The notes below the pieces were generated by a model. That model saw only the letters and a list, made by a program, of their open reading frames with translations, ran no database searches and was not told the DNA's origin. From the NCBI RefSeq assembly GCF_025465545.1, contig NZ_JAODMK010000010.1, positions 45,813-109,812 of the forward strand: 64,000 bases of DNA. Direction: 5' to 3'. The translations under genes and the position numbers were made by a program. This document shows, one piece after another, positions 55,154-63,532 of this stretch; the first letter of the stretch is position 1; every line of letters starts with the position of its first letter. The stretch is from Naasia sp. GTDB lineage: Bacteria > Actinomycetota > Actinomycetes > Actinomycetales > Microbacteriaceae.

Positions 55154-56305
55154 TCAGGACGGGGTGGCGGACGAGGCGTCCGTCGCGGGGTAGAGCTTCA
55201 CTGCACTGGCGGGCCAGCTGCAGGTGACCGGCGTGCCCACGGTCGTGGGCACGTCGAGAGAGCGGGAGGTGCGGGCCAGGATCTTCACGCCCGCGTCGGT
55301 GAGGGTGACGACCTGGAGGTAGGACCCGAGCTGGCTGACACCCATCAGGGTCGCCCTGACCTGGTTGTGCCCCTCGGCCGTTTGGCTGGTGACGGTGACG
55401 TTCTCGGGCCGGACGGCTCCGGTGACGGCGGCGCCGGTTGCCAGCAGAGTGGCCGCGGGAGTGGCGCCGGCCAGCGTGCCGCCCGGGAAGTCGACGACCG
55501 CCTCCTGACCGGCGGCCTTGCGGACGGTCCCCTGGAAGAAGTTCTGCTGGCCGATGAACCCGGCGACGTAGGCGCTCGCCGGGTTGTCGTACACCTCGGC
55601 CGGCGAGCCGATCTGCTCGATCCTGCCGCCGTTCATCACGGCGATGCGGTCGCTCATCGTCATCGCCTCCTCCTGATCGTGGGTCACGAAGACGAAGGTG
55701 GTGCCGAGCTGCTGCTGGAGGAGCTTGAGCTCGATCTGCATCTCCTCGCGCAGCTTGCGGTCGAGGGCGGACATCGGCTCGTCGAGGAGCAGGACCGACG
55801 GGCGGTTGACGAGGGCGCGGGCGAGCGCGATGCGCTGCTGCTGCCCGCCCGACAGCTGGGCCGGCATGCGGTCCGCGAAGCCCTTCATCCGGACCATGCC
55901 GAGCGCGTCGGTGACCCGGGTCGCGATCTCGCTCTTGGGGACCTTGGCGTAGCCGAGGCCGTACGCCACGTTCTTGGCGACCGACATGTGCGGGAACAGC
56001 GCGTAGGCCTGGAACACCGTGTTCACCGGTCGCTTGTGCGGGGGCAGCTCGTGCATGGGGGTTCCGGAGATGGCGATGGTGCCCTCGTCGGGGTACTCGA
56101 AGCCGCCGATCATCCGGAGCGTCGTCGTCTTGCCGCAGCCGCTCGGGCCGAGCAGGGAGACGAAGGTCCCCGCCTCGATGTCGAGGTCCAGTCCCTTGAC
56201 GGCATAGCTCTTGCCGTAGATCTTGGAGACGCCCTGCAGGGTCACGCGACCGGGACGGCCGGCCACGGAATCCGTCTCCGGTCCGCTGGTGGCGAGGAAG
56301 GTCAT
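55154..56305 (-). CDS. potA: polyamine ABC transporter ATP-binding protein (PotA-like)
   Basis: Internal ATG 56305. GPSGCGKTT, LSGGQQQRIALARAL, LLLDEP. Confidence 0.9.
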   Translation of the reverse strand: MTFLATSGPETDSVAGRPGRVTLQGVSKIYGKSYAVKGLDLDIEAGTFVSLLGPSGCGKTTTLRMIGGFEYPDEGTIAISGTPMHELPPHKRPVNTVFQAYALFPHMSVAKNVAYGLGYAKVPKSEIATRVTDALGMVRMKGFADRMPAQLSGGQQQRIALARALVNRPSVLLLDEPMSALDRKLREEMQIELKLLQQQLGTTFVFVTHDQEEAMTMSDRIAVMNGGRIEQIGSPAEVYDNPASAYVAGFIGQQNFFQGTVRKAAGQEAVVDFPGGTLAGATPAATLLATGAAVTGAVRPENVTVTSQTAEGHNQVRATLMGVSQLGSYLQVVTLTDAGVKILARTSRSLDVPTTVGTPVTCSWPASAVKLYPATDASSATPS

Positions 56306-56523
56306 CGTTCGGGCTCCTCGATGATCACGAAGTCGTCGCGCAGGAGAGCGCGAAGGGCGTACTGCCGAAATTAGGGCGTCGAGCACCGCGGCCACAACTT
56401 CTGCGCGCGGAACCCCGCTCACTTCTTACACGATCGAACCGGTTGCGCATGACACGAAACACCTACGGATCCCGCGCTCCGATGGCGATACGGCAACGGA
56501 AACGGTGGTCGCGTGCGGTTTTC

Positions 56524-58188
56524 TCAGCCGCGATGGACCACCCGGCCCGCCGATACCGTCAGCACGTTGCGGACAGTGTGAATCTGCTGAGCCGAGAGGT
56601 CGAACGGGTTCCGGTCAGCCACCGCGAGGTCCGCCCTCCCGCCCAGCTCGATCCGTCCGGCGTCGTCGTGCAGGGTCACCCGTGCGGAACCGGCCGTGTA
56701 GGCGGAGAGCGCCTGCTCCAGGGTCAGCTCCTGGCCCTTCCCCAGTGGCGGATAGCGGTCCTCCCCCGGCTCCACCCGGGTCACCGCGACCGAGATCGCC
56801 TGCCACGGATCTGGCGTCGACACCGGCCAGTCCGAGCCCATGGCGAGCCGGACGCCGGCCGCCGCCATCGCCGCGAACGGGTACTGCTCCCGGAACCGTC
56901 CCTCGCCCACGAGGGGAAGGTTGAGTTCGGTCATCTGATCGCTGTTGCAGGCCCAGAGCGCCTGCAGGTTCGCGGTGACCCCCAGCGAGGCCATCGTCGC
57001 GATGTCGTCGAGGTCCACCTGCTGCAGGTGCGCCAGGTGGTGCCGAAGCGCCTCCCCATCGGTCTGCTCGGCGGCGAGGCCGAGCGCGTGCAGGGCCTCC
57101 GCCACGGCCCGGTCGCCGATCGCGTGGATGTGCAGCTGGAAGCCCTCCCTCGCCAGGGCGACGGCGACCGCGTCGAGCACCTCGGGCGGGAAGTGCGAGG
57201 GTCCGAGCTGGTCCGTGGGATGGCCGTGCCCGTCCAGGTAGGGCTGTTTCAGGGCGGCGGTGCGGCTCTCGGGCACGCCGTCCTGCATGATCTTCACGGT
57301 CACTGCCTTGAAGCTTCCGCCCGCATCGTTGGTCCGCACCCCGATGCGGTCCCGGGCCGCGACGAGTCGGGCGACCACGTCCGCCACCTCGTCCAGGCCG
57401 AAGCCACGGGTCAGCCACAGGGCGGCGGAGACGCGTGCGGAGAGGGCTCCGGACTCGAAGCCGAGAAGGTAGGCCTCCGTGCTGTCGCGCGCCCCGGCGT
57501 AGGAGCCGAGGATCGCGTCCTGCCAGCCGGTGATGCCGAACGAGCGCAGATAGCGCTGGGCCTCCACGAGCGCGTCGACGTAGGCGGCGTCGTCCGGGAC
57601 CGGCAGCAGGTGCTCGAACAGGTCCATCGCGCCCTCCTGCAGGGTGCCGCTGGGGCTGCCGTCGGGGTCCCGGTCGATGTGGCCGTCGGCGGGGTCGGGA
57701 GTGTCGGCGTCCATCCCGGCCGCGGCGAGAGCGGCCGGGGAGACCCAGGCGCCATGGTGGTCGGCGTTGACGAGGTACACCTTTCGGCCCGGCGCCGCCT
57801 GCTCCAGCAGCTCTGCGCGGGGAAGGCCGCCCGGGAAGTGGGGCAGATGCCAGCCGCCGCCGACGATCCAGTCGTCCTCGGGGTGCTCGACGGCGTAGCG
57901 CCGCACCAGTTCCAGGGCGCTCGCGGCGTCGGTGCTGTCGGTGAGGTCGCAGGTGAGGCGCTCGTGCCCGCCTTGGGTGGGATGCACGTGCGAGTCCAGG
58001 AAGCCGGGCGTGATCAGTCCGCCGGCGGCGTCGAACAGCTCCGCTCCCCCGGGCACCGCCGCGAGGGCATCCTCGTCGGAGCCGATCGCGACGACGCGTC
58101 CGCCGGAGACGGCGACCGCCGTCGCAGTGGGATGCAGGGCGGCGCCGGTGAAGACCCGGCCGGAGGTGATCACGAGATCGTTCGTCAT
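56524..58188 (-). CDS. amidohydrolase (YtcJ-like, TIM-barrel metal-dependent)
   Basis: GFLDSHVHP, HAIGDRA, and the GSDWPV C-terminal motif. Confidence 0.85.
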   Translation of the reverse strand: MTNDLVITSGRVFTGAALHPTATAVAVSGGRVVAIGSDEDALAAVPGGAELFDAAGGLITPGFLDSHVHPTQGGHERLTCDLTDSTDAASALELVRRYAVEHPEDDWIVGGGWHLPHFPGGLPRAELLEQAAPGRKVYLVNADHHGAWVSPAALAAAGMDADTPDPADGHIDRDPDGSPSGTLQEGAMDLFEHLLPVPDDAAYVDALVEAQRYLRSFGITGWQDAILGSYAGARDSTEAYLLGFESGALSARVSAALWLTRGFGLDEVADVVARLVAARDRIGVRTNDAGGSFKAVTVKIMQDGVPESRTAALKQPYLDGHGHPTDQLGPSHFPPEVLDAVAVALAREGFQLHIHAIGDRAVAEALHALGLAAEQTDGEALRHHLAHLQQVDLDDIATMASLGVTANLQALWACNSDQMTELNLPLVGEGRFREQYPFAAMAAAGVRLAMGSDWPVSTPDPWQAISVAVTRVEPGEDRYPPLGKGQELTLEQALSAYTAGSARVTLHDDAGRIELGGRADLAVADRNPFDLSAQQIHTVRNVLTVSAGRVVHRG

Positions 58189-58241
58189 GGCGCCACGGTA
58201 GCCGAGCGATGGGCGGGCTGGACACTCGCTAGCCTCGGGTC

Positions 58242-59291
58242 ATGGCGTGGACGATGCCCTGGGAGGGCGACCGGCAGGATCGGCTCTGGCTGGCGTGGCC
58301 CCCCTCGGGCTACGCGCTCGGGGAGAGCGCGGAGACCGCGGAGGCCGCGTGGCGCGCCTGGGCTTCGGTGGCCAATGCGGCAGTCGAGTTCGAGCCGGTG
58401 ACGGTGGTCGTCGGTCCCGACGACGAGGACTCCGCCCGGCGGCACCTGTCCGGCGAGGTCGAACGCCGCACGGCGCCCCTCGACGACGCCTGGATGCGCG
58501 ACATGGGACCCACCTTCGTCCTCGACGGCGAGGACGGGCGGCTCGGCGCGATCGACTGGATCTTCAACGGCTGGGGTGCGCCCGACTGGGCCGAGTGGGA
58601 CAAGGACGCAGACATCGCGCCCTTCGTGGCCGCACTCGCCGGCGCGGAGGTGGTCGCCAGCTCCCTCGTGAACGAGGGCGGCGGCTTCCACGTCGACGGC
58701 GAAGGCACGGTCCTGCTCACCGAGACGGTGCAGCGGGGCGAGGGGCGCAATCCTCAGCTCTCCCGCGAGGAGGTCGAGGCGGAGCTCGCCCGCACCCTCG
58801 GCACCCGGTCAGCCGTCTGGCTGCCGCGTGGCCTGACGCGCGACTACGAGCGCTTCGGCACCCGGGGCCATGTCGACATCGTCGCGGCCTTCGCCGCGCC
58901 GGGCCGGATCCTCGTGCACGACCAGCGCGACCCCGCGCACCCCGACCACTCCGTCACCGCCGAGGTGATCGAGACGCTCGCGGGGGCCGTCGACGCCTCC
59001 GGCCGCGCTTTCGAGCTCATCCGCCTGCCGGCGCCGGCCCAGCTGCGCGCCCCGGACGTGGAGGGCACCGAGAGCTGGACCGACTACAGCTACGTCAATC
59101 ACGTGCTGGTGAACGGCGGCGTGCTCGCCTGCGGATTCGGCGACCCCGCGGCCGACGACGTGGCGGCGGGGATCCTGGCGGAGCAGTATCCCGGCCGGAA
59201 GGTGGTGGTGCTCGACGCCCGCGAGCTCTTCGCCCGCGGCGGCGGAATCCACTGCATCACGCAGCAGCAGCCCTCTGCCCGCCCTGCCTGA
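58242..59291 (+). CDS. aguA: agmatine deiminase family protein
   Basis: DDAWMRDMGPTF, GHVD, and C-terminal GGGIHCITQQQP (catalytic Cys). Confidence 0.88.
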   Translation: MAWTMPWEGDRQDRLWLAWPPSGYALGESAETAEAAWRAWASVANAAVEFEPVTVVVGPDDEDSARRHLSGEVERRTAPLDDAWMRDMGPTFVLDGEDGRLGAIDWIFNGWGAPDWAEWDKDADIAPFVAALAGAEVVASSLVNEGGGFHVDGEGTVLLTETVQRGEGRNPQLSREEVEAELARTLGTRSAVWLPRGLTRDYERFGTRGHVDIVAAFAAPGRILVHDQRDPAHPDHSVTAEVIETLAGAVDASGRAFELIRLPAPAQLRAPDVEGTESWTDYSYVNHVLVNGGVLACGFGDPAADDVAAGILAEQYPGRKVVVLDARELFARGGGIHCITQQQPSARPA

Positions 59292-59300
59292 GCGCCGCTG

Positions 59301-59417
59301 TCCCTCAGCAGGCAGACTCTCCCTCAGCAGGCAGACTCTCCCTCAGCAGGCAGAATCGCCGTTAGCAGGCAGAACGGGGCCGCACCGACCGATCAAGTGA
59401 TTTCTGCCTGCTGAGCG
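59301..59417. repeat. 4 x 19-bp tandem array (CCCTCAGCAGGCAGACTCT) plus an inverted arm TTCTGCCTGCTGAGCGA
   Basis: Units at 59301-19, 59320-38, 59339-57 and 59358-76 (the last is degenerate). CTCAGCAGGCAGAA (59341-54) is the exact reverse complement of 59401-14. Confidence 0.85.
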
Positions 59418-59443
59418 AGAGGACCGGGCGGACCGCCGCGAGG

Positions 59444-61042
59444 CTAGGCGAGGCTGATGAGCTCCGCGTAGTCCTTGGTCCACAGGTCCTCGGTGCCCTC
59501 GGGCATGATGAGGACCCGCTCCGGGTTGAGCGCCTCCACGGCGCCTTCGTCATGGCTGACCAGGACGACGGCTCCCGTGTACCCGGCCAGCGCGCCCAGG
59601 ATCTCCTCGCGGCTCGCCGGATCCAGGTTGTTGGTCGGCTCATCGAGCAGCAGCACGTTCGCCGAGGACACCACGAGCATCGCCAGGGCGAGCCGGGTCT
59701 TCTCGCCACCGGACAGGACCCCGGCGGGCTTGCTCGTGTCGTCACCGGTGAACAGGAACGAGCCGAGCACCCGGCGGGCCTCCGTCTCGGTGAGCGTGTC
59801 CGAGGCGGTCATCATGTTCTGCAGCACGCTGCGCTTCACGTCGAGTGTCTCGTGCTCCTGCGCGTAGTAGCCGACTCGCAGGCCGTGACCAGCCTCGATC
59901 TGCCCGGTGTCCGGCAGGTCCACCCCGGCCAGGATCCGCAGCAGGGTGGTCTTGCCCGCGCCGTTCAGGCCCAGCACGACGACCTTCGAGCCACGGTCGA
60001 TGGCGAGGTCCACCGCGGTGAAGATCTCCAGCGATCCGTAGTTCTTGCTGAGATCCGACGCCATGAGAGGCGTGCGGCCGCAGGGCGCGGGATCCGGGAA
60101 CCGCAGCTTGGCCACGCGGTCGACGGTGCGCACCTCGTCGAGCCCGGAGAGGAGCTTCTCGGCCCGGCGAACCATCTGGTGGGCGGCGGCCGCCTTGCTG
60201 GCCTTCGCGCCGAAGCGGGCGGCCTGCAGCTGAAGCACGGACGCCTTCTTCTCGGCGTTGGCGCGCTCCTTCTTGCGCCGCTCCTCGTCGGACGCGCGCT
60301 GGCGCAGGTACTGCTTCCAGCCCATGTTGTAGACGTCGATGACGGAGCGGTTGGCGTCGAGGTAGAAGACCCGGTTCACGGTCTCCCCCACCAGCTCGAT
60401 GTCGTGGCTGATCACGATCACGCCGCCGGCATAGCTCTTGAGGAAGTCGCGCAGCCACACGACCGAGTCGGCGTCCAGGTGGTTCGTCGGCTCGTCGAGG
60501 ATGATCGTGTCGGCGCCGGAGAACAGGATGCGGGCGAGCTCGATGCGCCGGCGCTGGCCGCCGGAGAGCGTCTTGAGCGGTTGGTCGAGGATGCGGTCCG
60601 GGAGGTTCAGGTTGCTCGCGATCGACGCGGCCTCGGCCTCCGCCGCGTAGCCGCCGAGGGCCAGGAAGCGGTCGTTGGCGTCGCCGTACTTCTTCATGGC
60701 CCGCTCGGCGATCTTGGCGTCGTCGCTGGCCATGTCGAGGCCGGCCTTCTCCATGCCGAGCACCAGGGAGCCGAGGCCACGAGCGTCGAGGATGCGGGTG
60801 CGGGCGAGCTCCTCCGGATTGCCGGAACGCGGGTCCTGGGGCAGGTAGCCGATCTCGCCTGACCGGTCGATGCGGCCGCCGGTCGGCAGGGTCTCCCCCG
60901 CGAGCGTCTTCGTCAGTGTCGTCTTTCCTGCTCCGTTGCGGCCGACGAGTCCGATCTTGTCGCCGGCGCTCACTCGGAAGTTCACGCCCTCCATGAGGAC
61001 GCGTGCCCCGATGCGGATCTCGAGATCATGCACGGCGAGCAC
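59444..61042 (-). CDS. ABC-F family translation-associated ATPase
   Basis: Two NBDs (GRNGAGKTT and GLNGAGKTT) joined by a charged linker (RRKKERANAEKKA). No TM domain. GTG start. Confidence 0.9.
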   Translation of the reverse strand: MLAVHDLEIRIGARVLMEGVNFRVSAGDKIGLVGRNGAGKTTLTKTLAGETLPTGGRIDRSGEIGYLPQDPRSGNPEELARTRILDARGLGSLVLGMEKAGLDMASDDAKIAERAMKKYGDANDRFLALGGYAAEAEAASIASNLNLPDRILDQPLKTLSGGQRRRIELARILFSGADTIILDEPTNHLDADSVVWLRDFLKSYAGGVIVISHDIELVGETVNRVFYLDANRSVIDVYNMGWKQYLRQRASDEERRKKERANAEKKASVLQLQAARFGAKASKAAAAHQMVRRAEKLLSGLDEVRTVDRVAKLRFPDPAPCGRTPLMASDLSKNYGSLEIFTAVDLAIDRGSKVVVLGLNGAGKTTLLRILAGVDLPDTGQIEAGHGLRVGYYAQEHETLDVKRSVLQNMMTASDTLTETEARRVLGSFLFTGDDTSKPAGVLSGGEKTRLALAMLVVSSANVLLLDEPTNNLDPASREEILGALAGYTGAVVLVSHDEGAVEALNPERVLIMPEGTEDLWTKDYAELISLA

Positions 61043-61154
61043 AGAGAACGACCTTTACTTCAGGAGGAGGGGGAGCATTGTCGAAAACGACAGCCCTCTA
61101 GTATAAATTCCGCCGCCCGGGTCCCGGGTCGCCCGCCACACCCCGAGGGAAGCC

Positions 61155-61745
61155 ATGTCGTCCGTCTCACTCGCCGCCCGCCGCCCCGTCCTGGCCGACC
61201 TGGTCGTCCCGCGCGGGATCGCCGCGGATCTCGCCCTGATCGTCGCGGGCACCGCGCTGACCGCGCTGCTCGCGCAGGTCGTCATCCCGCTGCACCCCGT
61301 GCCGATCACCGGTCAGACCCTCGCGGTGCTGCTGGTCGGCGGCACCCTCGGCTCGCTTCGCGGCGCGCTCTCGATGGTGCTCTACGCCGTCGTCGGCGCT
61401 GTCGGACTGCCGGTGTTCAGCGCCGCCACGAGCGGCACAGGCGTCCTCTTCGGCGCCACCGGCGGCTATATCGTCGGCTTCATCTTCGCTGCGGCGCTCA
61501 CCGGCTATCTCGCCGAGCGCCGCTGGGACCGGCGGATCCTCGGCGGCATGGCGGCCTACCTGGTCGGCTCGCTCGTCCCGTTCGCGATCGGCCTGCCCTG
61601 GCTCGCGATCACCCTCGGGCTGAGCCTCGAGCAGACGCTCGCGGCCGGCCTGTACCCGTTCGTGCTCGGCGGCGTGATCAAGGCCGCGATCGCCGCCGGA
61701 GCCATCCGCCTCGGCTGGTTCGGCCTCGAGCGCCGCCGCTCCTAG
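61155..61745 (+). CDS. bioY: biotin transporter BioY
   Basis: VPITGQTLAVLL, GGYIVGF, and a six-TM profile. Confidence 0.88.
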   Translation: MSSVSLAARRPVLADLVVPRGIAADLALIVAGTALTALLAQVVIPLHPVPITGQTLAVLLVGGTLGSLRGALSMVLYAVVGAVGLPVFSAATSGTGVLFGATGGYIVGFIFAAALTGYLAERRWDRRILGGMAAYLVGSLVPFAIGLPWLAITLGLSLEQTLAAGLYPFVLGGVIKAAIAAGAIRLGWFGLERRRS

Positions 61746-61753
61746 ACGCCGAT

Positions 61754-61803
61754 CTGCCCAATTCCGCCGCAACTCGGCACTGAGCGGCGGCAGAACTGGG
61801 CAG
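61754..61803 (+). terminator. imperfect hairpin after bioY (contains GGCAGAAC core)
   Basis: CTGCCCA/TGGGCAG and CGCCGC/GCGGCG stems separated by an internal loop. Confidence 0.5.
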
Positions 61804-61818
61804 GTCGGGGCTTCGACG

Positions 61819-62004
61819 CTAGGCCGGGGCTCCCTGGCCGACCCCGAAGGCGCGGCTGGTCAGCGCCATCACCACGGTGGTGACGAGCTCGTAGCCCGGG
61901 TCGAGGCGCGTCCGGGCCACCGCCCGCCCGCCCGACGCGTCGTGGCGTGGTGCAGCGCGCGGCGGTGACAGCACGGCCCAGACGTCGATGGCGGGAACGG
62001 TCAC
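61819..62004 (-). CDS. hypothetical small protein (61 aa)
   Basis: The only evidence is GC3 bias and position downstream of the suf genes. GTG start, no clear RBS. Confidence 0.3.
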   Translation of the reverse strand: MTVPAIDVWAVLSPPRAAPRHDASGGRAVARTRLDPGYELVTTVVMALTSRAFGVGQGAPA

Positions 62005-62073
62005 GCGCCGACCCTACCGCTGAGAATCTCTCAGCAGAAGGCCGGCGCCGCTCGGGGTGAGAGGTTCGGCAGG

Positions 62074-62403
62074 TCAGATGGCGAAGCCGATGGCGCGCAT
62101 CATCTCGCGGCCGTCGTCGGTGATCTTCTCGGGGCCCCACGGGGGCATCCACACCCAGTTGATGCGGAAGCGCTCGGCGTGGCCGTCGAGGGCCTGCGCG
62201 GTGTCCTCCTCGATGACGTCGGTGAGCGGGCAGCCGGCCGATGTGAGGGTCATGCTGATGAGGAGGGCGTCGTTCTCCTCGTCCCAGGCGAGGTCGTAGA
62301 TGAGGCCGAGGTCGACGATGTTGACGCCAAGCTCGGGGTCGACGACGTCCTTCAGCGCCTCCGTGAACTCGTCGAAGCGCTCGGGAGAGAGTGAGACGGC
62401 CAT
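62074..62403 (-). CDS. sufT: Fe-S cluster assembly protein SufT (DUF59)
   Basis: VVDPELGVNIVDLGLIY and TLTSAGCPL motifs. ATG overlaps the sufC stop. Confidence 0.85.
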   Translation of the reverse strand: MAVSLSPERFDEFTEALKDVVDPELGVNIVDLGLIYDLAWDEENDALLISMTLTSAGCPLTDVIEEDTAQALDGHAERFRINWVWMPPWGPEKITDDGREMMRAIGFAI

Positions 62404-63164
62404 CAGCTCACCGCCTCGGGAAGGAAGCGGTCGTAGCCCTCGTCCTCGAGTCGCTCGGCGAGCTCCGGTCCGCCCTCCTCGGCGACGCGGCCGGCCACGA
62501 ACACATGCACGAAGTCCGGCGTGATGTACCGGAGGATCCGCGTGTAGTGGGTGATCAGCAGGATCCCGAGGCCGGTCGCCGCCATTGCACGGTTGACGCC
62601 CTCGGACACGATCTTCAGCGCGTCCACGTCGAGGCCGGAGTCGGTCTCGTCGAGGACGGCGAACCGGGGCTTGAGCAGCTCCATCTGGAGGATCTCGTTG
62701 CGCTTCTTCTCACCGCCGGAGAAGCCCTCGTTGACGTTCCGCTCGGCGAACGAGGAGTCCATGCGCAGCTTCCCCATCGAGTCGCGCACCTCCTTGATCC
62801 AGCCACGGATGGCCGGTGCCTCGCCGGTGATCGCGGTCTTGGCCGTGCGCAGGAAGTTGGAGTTGGTGACGCCCGGGATCTCCACCGGGTACTGCATGGC
62901 GAGGAAGAGGCCTGCCCTCGCGCGCTGGTCGACGGTCATCGCGAGCACGTCCTCACCGTCGAGCGTGATCGAGCCGCCGTCGACGGTGTACTTGGGATGA
63001 CCGGCGATCGCGTAGGCGAGCGTCGACTTGCCCGACCCGTTCGGCCCCATGATCGCGTGGATCTCGCCCTCGTTGATGGTGAGGTCGACGCCGCGGAGGA
63101 TCTGCTTGGCGCCCTGGTCGGTCTCGACGCTGACCTGGAGGTCGGAGATGGTGAGGGTGGACAT
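62403..63164 (-). CDS. sufC: Fe-S cluster assembly ATPase SufC
   Basis: Internal ATG 63164. MGPNGSGKSTL, FSGGEKKRNEILQ, AVLDETDSGLD. Confidence 0.93.
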   Translation of the reverse strand: MSTLTISDLQVSVETDQGAKQILRGVDLTINEGEIHAIMGPNGSGKSTLAYAIAGHPKYTVDGGSITLDGEDVLAMTVDQRARAGLFLAMQYPVEIPGVTNSNFLRTAKTAITGEAPAIRGWIKEVRDSMGKLRMDSSFAERNVNEGFSGGEKKRNEILQMELLKPRFAVLDETDSGLDVDALKIVSEGVNRAMAATGLGILLITHYTRILRYITPDFVHVFVAGRVAEEGGPELAERLEDEGYDRFLPEAVS

Positions 63165-63202
63165 CGGGGATTCCTTTCGAAAGTGGAGTGACCGCAGGGC
63201 GG

Positions 63203-63532
63203 TCAGGCGCCGATCGTCAGCGGCGTCGGGTCGACGTAGACGCCGCCATCGACGACGGTGACGCCGAAGACGGGAACCGGCTCGTAGGCGGGCAGCGTGA
63301 GAGGCCGGCCCGTGGTCAGCTCGAAGCGGGAGCCGTGGGCCCAGCATTCGAGCGTGTCGTCCTCGACGAAGCCCTCGGACAGGGAGATGTCGCCGTGGGT
63401 GCAGGTGTCACCGATCGCGTGCACCCGGCCCGCGCTGTCCCGGACGACCGCGATGGCGACGCCCTCGATCACCACACGCGTGGCCGAGTCGACCCGCACG
63501 TCGTCGAGCGAGCAGACCCGCACGCCGGTCAT
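63203..63532 (-). CDS. Rieske [2Fe-2S] ferredoxin-like protein of the suf operon
   Basis: CTHGDISL ... CWAHGSRF (CxH...CxxH). Confidence 0.85.
   Translation of the reverse strand: MTGVRVCSLDDVRVDSATRVVIEGVAIAVVRDSAGRVHAIGDTCTHGDISLSEGFVEDDTLECWAHGSRFELTTGRPLTLPAYEPVPVFGVTVVDGGVYVDPTPLTIGA

Noticed and set aside
59301-59376. The tandem 19-bp repeats as a possible CRISPR array.
   Set aside because: The units are contiguous with no spacers, are too short, and there are no cas genes. This is a tandem repeat of a dispersed element arm.
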